64,000 bases of DNA. It comes from Acutalibacteraceae bacterium. GTDB taxonomy: Bacteria > Bacillota > Clostridia > Oscillospirales > Acutalibacteraceae. Shown one piece after another: positions 38,185 through 46,895 of this stretch. Within the stretch, counting starts at the first letter, position 1; every line of letters begins with the position of its first letter. The notes under the pieces were generated by a model that saw nothing but the letters and a program-made list of their open reading frames with translations, searched no databases and had not been told where the DNA came from. The stretch lies in contig JAZTZD010000077.1 in assembly GCA_045637305.1 (NCBI GenBank), positions 1,999-65,998 on the forward strand, read 5' to 3'. The position numbers were made by a program, and so were the translations under genes.

Positions 38185-39279
38185 ATGAAACCCATAGGAT
38201 TATATCTTCACATTCCGTTCTGCAACGGTAAATGCCCGTACTGCGATTTTTATTCACTCACCCCCTCGGGCGATATCATAAGACGCTATGTTGATGCTCT
38301 GTGCCGTGAAATCGACAAAACGGACCGCATCTTTGATACGGTTTATTTCGGCGGCGGTACACCGTCGCAAATCGGTGCAGATAACATTGCAAAAATAATG
38401 TCGCACATAAAACGCACGGCAGACTGCGAATCAACTCTTGAATGCAATCCGTCCGACACAGGCAGAGAAAATTCAGTTTTTGATTTTGGAAAAATCGCAA
38501 AAAGCGGAATAAACCGTATTTCAATGGGACTGCAAAGCGCAAATGACAGCGAGCGAAAATCGCTCGGAAGACGCGGCGGTACAAAAGAGGTTGAAACCTC
38601 GATTGAAAGAATAAAAAAAGCGGGGATTGACAACATTTCTCTTGACCTTATGCTCGGTATCCCCGACCAGACCGAAGAAAGCCTTAAAAGGTCAATTGAT
38701 TTTTGTCAAAACAGCGGCGCAAAGCATATCAGCGCATATATGCTGAAAATTGAAGAAGGCACCCCTTTTTATGCAAGAAAAAATCTGCTTTCTCTCCCCG
38801 ATGAGGACAAAACCTGCGATTTTTATCTGCAGACGGTCTCTCAGCTTGCGGAATACGGATACAGTCAGTATGAAATTTCCAATTTTTCGCTTGACGGCTA
38901 CGAAAGCAGACACAACCTCAAATACTGGCATTGCGAGGAATATCTCGGTCTGGGTGCTTCGGCTCATTCCTTTGTTGACGGAAAACGGTTCTTTTACGAA
39001 AGAAATATTGAAAATTTTATAAATGGCATTTCGCCCATCGACGACGGCGAGGGCGGAGATGAAGAGGAATACATTATGCTTGCTCTGCGGCTTTCCGAAG
39101 GGCTTGTTTTCGAAAAATTCGCAAACCGTTTCGGTCACTCCGTACCCGAAACACTTATCGGAAATGCAAAGACCTTGGAAAAGCACGGACTTGTTAATGT
39201 TGATAACAACTCGGTATCTCTGACCGTCAACGGATTTCTTGTTTCAAATTCCGTGATTACAACCCTGCTTGATTTTTAA
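38185..39279 (+). CDS. hemW: Radical SAM heme chaperone HemW
   Basis: LYLHIPFCxxKCxYCDF, YFGGGTPS, QYEISNF, HNLKYW; start at ATG 38185 (AGGTG RBS). Confidence 0.92.
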   Translation: MKPIGLYLHIPFCNGKCPYCDFYSLTPSGDIIRRYVDALCREIDKTDRIFDTVYFGGGTPSQIGADNIAKIMSHIKRTADCESTLECNPSDTGRENSVFDFGKIAKSGINRISMGLQSANDSERKSLGRRGGTKEVETSIERIKKAGIDNISLDLMLGIPDQTEESLKRSIDFCQNSGAKHISAYMLKIEEGTPFYARKNLLSLPDEDKTCDFYLQTVSQLAEYGYSQYEISNFSLDGYESRHNLKYWHCEEYLGLGASAHSFVDGKRFFYERNIENFINGISPIDDGEGGDEEEYIMLALRLSEGLVFEKFANRFGHSVPETLIGNAKTLEKHGLVNVDNNSVSLTVNGFLVSNSVITTLLDF

Positions 39280-39333
39280 GTGTTGAAAATCGTATAAAAA
39301 TATGGTATAATGTAAAAAAAGGAGGTTTTTCCA

Positions 39334-40008
39334 ATGAAAAGAATATTAAGCGCAATTCTTGTTGCAGTTATAATGCTTGGCTCCGTTTTTTCGGTAAACG
39401 CTTTTGCAGCCAGCACACCCAAAGCAGACGCACTTCTCGACAAAATTGAAACAGCAACCGAGCTTTCGGTAACTCTCCGCTCGGGTCAGACAATGCTTTT
39501 CGGCTTTATTCCCGCAACAATCACAAACACCATCGCAGTTAAAGGAAACTCTCTCGCCTATGAATACAGCGCAGGCTTCCTCAAGGTAAAGGTTATTGTT
39601 TCCGATGACGGAATTTATGCTTATTCCCCCACTCTTCCGTTCTTCTTTGTAAAGCTTGAAGAGAATCCCCTTAAGGGCACCGACGTGTGGACTCTCGTTA
39701 AAGAGGGCGCAAACCTTACCCAGGCATTTATCCAGTATATCGACAGCTACGAAGAAACCGTTGACGGCAAAAAGTATTACGTTGAAGAATACAACGACAG
39801 AGAATTTGTTACAACAAGGTTCTATTTTGAGGGTGAAACTCTTAAGTTCCTCAAGGTTACAAACTCACAGACACTCTCTGTTCAGTACACATACTTTGAT
39901 GACATCTCATTTGACGTTGACGACAGCTTCTTCAAAGTTCCCGCAGCTGCATTTGACCTTTCCCCCGTTCTCACAGGTCTTATTCTTTCAATTCTTAAAG
40001 TGGCATAA
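39334..40008 (+). CDS. Secreted hypothetical protein
   Basis: Signal peptide ending AFA-A; GGAGG RBS and TTGAAA/TATAAT-like promoter upstream. Confidence 0.7.
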   Translation: MKRILSAILVAVIMLGSVFSVNAFAASTPKADALLDKIETATELSVTLRSGQTMLFGFIPATITNTIAVKGNSLAYEYSAGFLKVKVIVSDDGIYAYSPTLPFFFVKLEENPLKGTDVWTLVKEGANLTQAFIQYIDSYEETVDGKKYYVEEYNDREFVTTRFYFEGETLKFLKVTNSQTLSVQYTYFDDISFDVDDSFFKVPAAAFDLSPVLTGLILSILKVA

Positions 40009-40022
40009 ATAACAAACTCAGG

Positions 40023-40045
40023 GGCAGAGAGCAATGCTCTCTGCC
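40023..40045. terminator. Terminator between convergent genes
   Basis: GGCAGAGAGC-aat-GCTCTCTGCC. Confidence 0.75.
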
Positions 40046-40055
40046 GCCTTTTGTT

Positions 40056-40817
40056 TTATACCGTTTTCATTTGAAGCTTGAGATTATCGCTTATCATTGC
40101 TATAAACTCGCTGTTTGTGGGTTTGCCTCTCTCATTCTGGATTGTATAACCGAAATATGAGCTGAGAACATCAACATCGCCTCTGTCCCACGCAACCTCG
40201 ATTGCGTGTCTGATTGCTCTTTCAACTCTTGACGGAGTTGTTTTGAAAGTTTTGGCAACCGTAGGATAAAGAATTTTGGTAACCGAGCTTATCATTTCGC
40301 TGTCCTTAACCGAAAGAATTATTGCTTCTCTGAGATACTGATAGCCTCTGATATGGGCAGGCACTCCAATCTGATGCATTATCTGCGAAACAACAACATC
40401 AAGGTCCTTAACTCCGTTTTTGACCGACGATGAATTGTGAATGCTCGCAAACTGAACTATTCTCTCCGCAAGCATAACAGGATTATACGGCTTGAGAAAA
40501 TAATAATCCGCTCCGCCGGCAAGCACTTCGCTTTCAAATCGCTGATTATCCGTGCTTGAAAGCACCATCACCATCGGGCGTTTCTCGAGTCTCATCGAGT
40601 CCAGCTCTCTGAGAACTCCGAGCGCATCGAGCCTGGGCATAAATCCGTCCATCAGAATAACATCGGGAATTTCTCCCTGCTGCAGTTTTTCAACCACCAA
40701 TGTTCCGTCTTTTCCGACGGTTGACACCTCGCAATTCTTTGAGCGCAGAATTCCCGCAAGCTCATGCAAGGTTTCGCCGCCGTCTTCCGTTAACATCACT
40801 TTCAACAATTTTCTCAT
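40056..40817 (-). CDS. spo0A: Sporulation master regulator Spo0A
   Basis: Receiver domain plus GVPAHIRGYQYLR, TKILYP, SRVERAIRHAIE, KPTNSEFIA. Confidence 0.98.
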   Translation of the reverse strand: MRKLLKVMLTEDGGETLHELAGILRSKNCEVSTVGKDGTLVVEKLQQGEIPDVILMDGFMPRLDALGVLRELDSMRLEKRPMVMVLSSTDNQRFESEVLAGGADYYFLKPYNPVMLAERIVQFASIHNSSSVKNGVKDLDVVVSQIMHQIGVPAHIRGYQYLREAIILSVKDSEMISSVTKILYPTVAKTFKTTPSRVERAIRHAIEVAWDRGDVDVLSSYFGYTIQNERGKPTNSEFIAMISDNLKLQMKTV

Positions 40818-40944
40818 AATTTTACCTCCGCTTGATTAACTTCACGAAGATATTACCATAAATTGTTAATTTTGTCAATAATTAACTGTCAATTTTTGGA
40901 ATATTTTCCGCGCAACATCCGACCGCATCGGCATTTTTCCGACA

Positions 40945-42168
40945 TTATGCAGCCTTATCCGCCTTTTTATCTCTCAGACCGTCTGCGGTTTTCAGCATTG
41001 TCTGAGCAAATATTCCGTAGCCCTGAACAGTATCATTGATAAAAACATGTGTCACGGCACCGACAAGCATTGAATTCTGAATAATGGGACTGCCGCTGAA
41101 CCCTTGCAAAATGCCTCCCGTTTTTTCAAGAAGCTCAGGGTCTGTGACCTTTATAATCATATTTCTCGTTGCATACCCTTCCGACGAATACAGCTTTGTT
41201 ATCTCGATATCATAATATTGAGGTCCTCTTTCATCAATCGTTGCAATCATCTGCGCCTTGCCCGTGCTCACTTCATTTTCAAGTGCAACAGGCACAAGCT
41301 TTGCATTTGACGGCTGATTTATTTCGCCGTAAACTCCGCTTTCTCCGTTATAGAGAAGCTTACCCAAAGTGACTGACGAAAAAACGCCGCACAGTTCGCC
41401 CGGATGACCTGCTGAGCTTTTATAAAAGCCGTTCACCCTGGCTTTCACCGCTTCACCGTCTGACAGAGGCATTATTTTACCCGTATCAACATCGCAAACT
41501 CCGTGACCGAGACCTGCAAATATTTTTGCCTCATCGTCATAAAAAGTTATTGTTCCTATGCCTGCGGAGCTGTCCCGAACCCAAATACCCGCTTTGTATT
41601 TTCCGTTAACGGATTTCTGCGGTGTCAATGAAAGCTCAACACTTTCTCCGCTTCTGTCAACCTTCAGTCTGAGCGCTTCACCGTTGCAGCTTTCGATTGC
41701 ATCGTTAAGCTGCTGTGCGCTGTCGATTACACTGCCGTCAATATGAGTTATCACGTCTCCGCATTTTATACCCGCATTTCCCGCAGGGTCACGGCTGCCC
41801 GACGTTGTTGTTACACTGTCAACACCCGCAACAATCACGCCTTTTGTATAAAGCTTGATTCCGAATATATCGCCGCCGATTCCGACATAACGTCTTTTTG
41901 TTACATTGACTTTTACATCCTTTACGGGAAAAATTTTCAGAGCCTTTATCCGAGAAGCGTATTCAACATTATCATCTTCATTTGCAGCAGTCGCAAGAGT
42001 ACCGTTGCTGATTGACGATGAATAGATTTCTCCGAAATCGGGATTCTCACCGTCCGTCACACTCACTTCATCGGGCAATGTTTTCATTCCGTATATCATT
42101 ACAGAAAAAATGCTTGCACATAAAATCAAAGCAATAAAACTCAGGGTTCTGAAAAAACTCTTCATCAT
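40945..42168 (-). CDS. spoIVB: SpoIVB peptidase (S55, PDZ)
   Basis: GIWVRDSSAGIGTITF, GLGHG, TGGILQGFSGSPIIQ, GAVTHV; adjacent to spo0A. Confidence 0.95.
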   Translation of the reverse strand: MMKSFFRTLSFIALILCASIFSVMIYGMKTLPDEVSVTDGENPDFGEIYSSSISNGTLATAANEDDNVEYASRIKALKIFPVKDVKVNVTKRRYVGIGGDIFGIKLYTKGVIVAGVDSVTTTSGSRDPAGNAGIKCGDVITHIDGSVIDSAQQLNDAIESCNGEALRLKVDRSGESVELSLTPQKSVNGKYKAGIWVRDSSAGIGTITFYDDEAKIFAGLGHGVCDVDTGKIMPLSDGEAVKARVNGFYKSSAGHPGELCGVFSSVTLGKLLYNGESGVYGEINQPSNAKLVPVALENEVSTGKAQMIATIDERGPQYYDIEITKLYSSEGYATRNMIIKVTDPELLEKTGGILQGFSGSPIIQNSMLVGAVTHVFINDTVQGYGIFAQTMLKTADGLRDKKADKAA

Positions 42169-42277
42169 TCACCTCCGCGCTTCAAATTTGCTTTGCGTTT
42201 TGCAAAGCACTACTAATTTGCGCAGGAAAACAACAAAAAAACGGCGGAATAATCCGCCGTGATAAATTACCGAATTT

Positions 42278-43393
42278 TCAATTTTTTATTTGTGATTTTG
42301 CCGCCTCAACCGATGCATTATATAAATCGGAACGGCATTTTTTTATAATTTCATCAAATGTTTTTTCTTCTTTTGTTGCAAAAAACATTTCTGAAATTCC
42401 GCATTCAAGAATTCTTTCCGCGCCTTTGCCTCTGCTTCCGCAGATTGCGATTGCTTTTTTATTAAAAGCTGATGAACGCTTGGCAATGCCCGAAATAACC
42501 TTTCCGTCGGCACTCTGAAAATCAAGTCTGCCCTCACCCGTTATGATAAGGTCAGCATTCTTTGCTTTTTCGTCAAATTCAGCCTTATCGAGAATTATAT
42601 CAATCCCATTTTTCAGCTGTGCACCGAGAAAAGCCACCGCACCGCCTCCCATTCCTCCGGCGGCACCCGCGCCCTTTATTTCGGATATATTTATTTTTAA
42701 ATCATTATATATTATATCCGAAATGTTTCGGAGTCCGTTGTCAAGGCGGATAACGCCAACTTCATCTGCACCTTTCTGAGGCGCAAAAACAAAAGCAGCA
42801 CCTTTTTCGCCGTAAAGCGGATTTTCAACATCGCAAGCCGCAATAACGGGAATGTTCAAATCATTTTCAGGCGGTAATATTTTTCTGATTGCCGAAAGAT
42901 TTTTGCCGACAGGTTCAACATCTCTGCCGTTTTCGTCAAGAAACTGCCATCCGAGTGCCGATGCCATACCGATTCCGCAATCGTTTGTTGCGCTTCCGCC
43001 GAGCCCGAGCAAAATCGCCTTTGCGCCGTTTTCCTTTGCGTGTGCAATAAGCTCACCGACGCCGAATGTTGTTGCTCTTTCAGGGTCAGGATTTTCGCCG
43101 ACAAGCGTGATGCCCGCACAAGCCGCCATTTCGATAACCGCCGTACCGTCATCAAGCATCAGATAATCAGCCGACATTTTTTCGCCGAAAACTCCGCTGA
43201 CCTCGGCTGTTACCCGCTTTCCGCCGCATATTTTTTCAAAACAGGCACAAAGCCCCTCGCCGCCATCTGCAACGGGGAGCTTTGTTATTTTCGTATTCTC
43301 AATTATTTCTTCGAATGCCGAAGCAATTATGTCACAGACCTCGCTTGCGGTCAATGTGCCCTTAAAGCTGTCGGGAGCTATGAGAATATTCAT
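42278..43393 (-). CDS. Glycerate kinase (GlxK/GarK family)
   Basis: IAPDSFKG, PVADGGEG, GLGGSATND, GAGAAGG, ITGEG.LD.QS..GK; start at ATG 43393. Confidence 0.92.
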   Translation of the reverse strand: MNILIAPDSFKGTLTASEVCDIIASAFEEIIENTKITKLPVADGGEGLCACFEKICGGKRVTAEVSGVFGEKMSADYLMLDDGTAVIEMAACAGITLVGENPDPERATTFGVGELIAHAKENGAKAILLGLGGSATNDCGIGMASALGWQFLDENGRDVEPVGKNLSAIRKILPPENDLNIPVIAACDVENPLYGEKGAAFVFAPQKGADEVGVIRLDNGLRNISDIIYNDLKINISEIKGAGAAGGMGGGAVAFLGAQLKNGIDIILDKAEFDEKAKNADLIITGEGRLDFQSADGKVISGIAKRSSAFNKKAIAICGSRGKGAERILECGISEMFFATKEEKTFDEIIKKCRSDLYNASVEAAKSQIKN

Positions 43394-43394
43394 A

Positions 43395-44861
43395 TTATTC
43401 AGCTGAAGCCCTTCTGATATATTTCTTGAAGAATGCAACTGCGGGCGCTACTGCTTCAACGGGAATTCTCTCGTTTGTGCCGTGAGTGCAACGAAGAAGC
43501 TCAACACTTACTTTATAAGGAGCATATCTGTAAATGTTTTCACAGATGGGCTCATAATAGCAAGCATCCGTGCCGCCCATAACAAGATAAGGAGCAACTA
43601 TACTGCCTTTATTATCCTGAACGCAGATTTCTTCAATGATTTTGAACGCTCTGGAATCTGTGGGTGAGAATTTTGATGCTTCCTTCGCCTTGAGTACCTT
43701 CACTTCAATATCCTTGTTTCTGCAAACCTTGCGGATATGATTTTCAACATCCTTGACCGATGTTCCGGGCATCTGTCTGAAGTTAACAGTAACACTTGAC
43801 TTCTGAGGAAGAACGTTTGCAGCGGGACTTCCCTGAGCCATTGTGACAGCCGTTGTTGTTCTGACAAGACAAGCGGTAAACGGAATTTTTGTCATTCCGA
43901 ATTTCAGCAGAGGCTGAAGAAGGTCAAGATTGCACATAACAAGTCTTGCGGGATATGTGCAGTTTCTTCCGATGTTTGAGAAAAGGTCCTTTACAAACGG
44001 AAGAAGCTCCGCCTTGAACTGATTATTTTCAAGGTCACATATAACCTTTGCAAGCTCGCCGAGACCCGAATGCACGGGAGGCTGTGACGAATGTCCGCCC
44101 TTTGAATTAACGGTTATTTCAACATCGGTATAACCTTTTTCAGCAACGCCGACACCGATAAGCTCTTTATCGTTAAGAATGCCCTTGACGTTCACGGGAA
44201 TGATTGCGCCGCCCTCATCAAGCACGCAGTCAAGATGAATTCCTCGGTCTTTAAGTGTCTGCATAATTGTTTTTGCTCCACCGTTTTCTGAAGCAACAAC
44301 CTCTTCGTCCTGACCGAAAAGAAGATAAACATCTCTTTCAGGCTGAAAGCCCTCTTCAAGAAGTGTTTCAACGGCATCCATAACACCGATAAGGTGATTT
44401 TTCATATCAAGAGCACCTCTGCCCCAGATAAATTCGCCGTCATTGTGACCGCTGAACGGTGCGTATGTCCAGTCGTTTTCCGTTCCCTCCGAAATGGGAA
44501 CAACGTCCTGATGGGCAAGAAGGGCAATGGGTTCAAGGTCATCTCTTGTGCCTTTCCAATGATAGATAAGGCTAGCTTCCTGAACAACCTCTTTTTTGAG
44601 TGTTTTGTGGATAAGAGGGAATGCTTCTTCAAGGAAAGCGTGGAATTTATCAAACTGGCTGAAATCAACATCCGCTTTATCGGGATAGCTGACTGTAGGA
44701 ATTGAAATTGCCTTTGAAAGATGCTCAAGCGCTCTTTCCTCATTGACATTTTCCTGTGTCGGAGCACCGAAATCCTTTTTCTTGGGAACATACAATGCCG
44801 CTTTTACTGCGGTTGCAGCAGCTGCCGCACCGAGAACTGCGGGAATAATATACTTTTTCAT
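43395..44861 (-). CDS. M20 metallo-amidohydrolase, CPS1/PM20D1-like subfamily
   Basis: AISIPTVS, LLAHQDVVP, WGRGALDMK, DEE, LDEGG, GGHSS, GGTD, HGTNE; start at ATG 44861. Confidence 0.88.
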   Translation of the reverse strand: MKKYIIPAVLGAAAAATAVKAALYVPKKKDFGAPTQENVNEERALEHLSKAISIPTVSYPDKADVDFSQFDKFHAFLEEAFPLIHKTLKKEVVQEASLIYHWKGTRDDLEPIALLAHQDVVPISEGTENDWTYAPFSGHNDGEFIWGRGALDMKNHLIGVMDAVETLLEEGFQPERDVYLLFGQDEEVVASENGGAKTIMQTLKDRGIHLDCVLDEGGAIIPVNVKGILNDKELIGVGVAEKGYTDVEITVNSKGGHSSQPPVHSGLGELAKVICDLENNQFKAELLPFVKDLFSNIGRNCTYPARLVMCNLDLLQPLLKFGMTKIPFTACLVRTTTAVTMAQGSPAANVLPQKSSVTVNFRQMPGTSVKDVENHIRKVCRNKDIEVKVLKAKEASKFSPTDSRAFKIIEEICVQDNKGSIVAPYLVMGGTDACYYEPICENIYRYAPYKVSVELLRCTHGTNERIPVEAVAPAVAFFKKYIRRASAE

Positions 44862-44878
44862 CTGACAACTTCCTTTCA

Positions 44879-45583
44879 TTATTGAACAAAGAACTTGCGA
44901 CTTACCCAGGCTTTGAGCCTTCTGCTTTTTACAAGTACGATAAAAAATATTATAAGCGGCACCGAACACGCCGCAACAACAGGCGAAACCGCCATCTGAA
45001 GCTTTCCGAGATAAAACATATTGAGGCTTATTTCAACCACAAACGAAAGAATGTTGATTGCAATGACAGCCGCAATTGATTTTGCTGTTTTGCTCCTCGG
45101 CTTTTTCAGCCAGAAAATAAACACATTGCATATCGCCCACAAAGTGATTACAACGGGCAAAACAAGAGAATTAAACCATCCCGGTGAGGTTGTAGTTTTA
45201 AGACTGCAGAATTTGAGAAACGCAATAAGTGCAAGCGCATCAATTCCCAATATCACAACAGGAATAGGTTTTTTCCACAAAAACGGAAAAAGAAACCACA
45301 GCCACGCAACCATACTTATTCCGATAACAAATGTCGAGTTCCCCGTCTGGAAGAAAAACATATCAAGAACGGCAAGCACGATATTCGGAAGCAGCATTAC
45401 CATCGATATGACAAAAACACTGAATCTTTTCTGAGTTGACTTCGGAATTCTGACAATCTCGGGGTAAGCGGGAATGTCAGGCGGTTTGTGTCCTTCACTG
45501 GGATTGATAACGGGTGTGTCGCAAAGCGGACATGATGGACAGCCTTTTTCAAGCTCCACTCCGCAATTTACACAGTATGACAT
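44879..45583 (-). CDS. Zinc-ribbon plus multi-TM membrane protein (DUF6320-like)
   Basis: YCVNCGVEL..CPLC N-terminus, about six TM helices, C-terminal RKFF. Confidence 0.75.
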   Translation of the reverse strand: MSYCVNCGVELEKGCPSCPLCDTPVINPSEGHKPPDIPAYPEIVRIPKSTQKRFSVFVISMVMLLPNIVLAVLDMFFFQTGNSTFVIGISMVAWLWFLFPFLWKKPIPVVILGIDALALIAFLKFCSLKTTTSPGWFNSLVLPVVITLWAICNVFIFWLKKPRSKTAKSIAAVIAINILSFVVEISLNMFYLGKLQMAVSPVVAACSVPLIIFFIVLVKSRRLKAWVSRKFFVQ

Positions 45584-46893
45584 TATTCCTCGCCTCCTTT
45601 GATTGAATGTCTGTTGCTTTCTATTTTTACGGGTATACCGAATTTAACAAGAGTTGTAAAAATTTCTTTCTGCACAAGAGTGCTTTCATAAATGTTCGAA
45701 ACACTCAGTGCCAATGTTCCGCCCTGCGAAACGGCAATGCATCTTGCGGCATTAACCATTCCGGGACCCATCATAAACATAAATTTCTCTATATGCGGCT
45801 CCATTTCCTTTGGCACCTTGACAACACCGACATTTGAGATAATCGAACTTGTCCCTTTTTCGCCCGCAAACTTATAAACAACGCTTATTCCGAAATCCTT
45901 CAGAACGGACGGCAGAATTTTCATAATCGGGTTTCTTTCGATTCCCGTATTTGATTTCATCATTGCCTGGATTTCTTTTTCGTTGTTTACATAACGGAGA
46001 TAGAGCGAAACCTGCCTTACGATTTCGGGGAACGTGTATTCCCCCATATTGGGGTCAATCTGGAAAGAATAGCAAAGCATAAAGTTGCGGAGTGTTTCAC
46101 TGCCGAAAAACTTTCTGACATTGACGGGTATCTGCACCCCGACGGGTTTTTCTTTTCTGCGCTTTTCTTCCTTTTGCAGATTATACATAACCCAAACAAG
46201 CACCGCCGCAATATATTCCGTTACCGTTGCGCCGTGCTCTGCCGCTTTTTCTTTGATTTTATCAACGGGAATATAACCCGTTGTAACATTGAAGAAATGT
46301 TTCGGAAGCTTTTTGCCTTTGAAATTATAGGCAAACTTCTGCAACCTTTTTGCTTTCGCCTTTGAATTGACATTTTTGAGATAAGAGTCCTCAATCTCGG
46401 TTTTGTGGGGCTTTTCCGTAACATCAAGAACACTTTCACCGTTAGGAATATCAAGACCCGTCTCGCGCAGATAAACCGCAACAAGCGTCATAAAGAATCT
46501 TGATGCGCCGTAGCCATCGGCAAGAGCATGATAGAATTCAACCGAAATTCTTTTTTCGTAATAGAAAACCCTGAAAAGATAGCCTCTGTTTTCCTTCCAC
46601 TTGACTCTCAGACACGGGTTTGCTATATCGGGAAGCACAGGCGGTGCGCCGTTGGGATTCTTCTCAAGATAATGCCAGAAAAATCCGTTACGCATTCTTA
46701 CATCAAAGCCCGGAAAGCGAGGCAAGGTCAGTTCAAGAGCTTTTTCAAGCTTCTTGGGGTCAACCTTTTCTTTGAGTGTAACCGAAATTCGGTAAACACT
46801 TGAGAAAGACGAGGTGTTCTGACCCGGATAAACCTTACCCGCATTGTCAAGCTTATACCAGGCTCGCTGGTGCAAAGGAATCTTTGATTTCAT
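45583..46893 (-). CDS. Condensation-fold (alcohol acetyltransferase-like) CoA-dependent acyltransferase
   Basis: WYKLDNAGK, GFFWHY, FYHALADG (HxxxDG), PVNVR..F.SETLRNF, SNVG; start at ATG 46893; TAATG overlap with the next gene. Confidence 0.82.
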   Translation of the reverse strand: MKSKIPLHQRAWYKLDNAGKVYPGQNTSSFSSVYRISVTLKEKVDPKKLEKALELTLPRFPGFDVRMRNGFFWHYLEKNPNGAPPVLPDIANPCLRVKWKENRGYLFRVFYYEKRISVEFYHALADGYGASRFFMTLVAVYLRETGLDIPNGESVLDVTEKPHKTEIEDSYLKNVNSKAKAKRLQKFAYNFKGKKLPKHFFNVTTGYIPVDKIKEKAAEHGATVTEYIAAVLVWVMYNLQKEEKRRKEKPVGVQIPVNVRKFFGSETLRNFMLCYSFQIDPNMGEYTFPEIVRQVSLYLRYVNNEKEIQAMMKSNTGIERNPIMKILPSVLKDFGISVVYKFAGEKGTSSIISNVGVVKVPKEMEPHIEKFMFMMGPGMVNAARCIAVSQGGTLALSVSNIYESTLVQKEIFTTLVKFGIPVKIESNRHSIKGGEE

Positions 46894-46895
46894 AA

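Noticed and set aside
40915-40946. Spo0A boxes upstream of spo0A
   Set aside because: Only mismatched variants (TGTCGGA, TGCCGAT, GGTCGGA) of TGNCGAA are present; plausible but unsupported.
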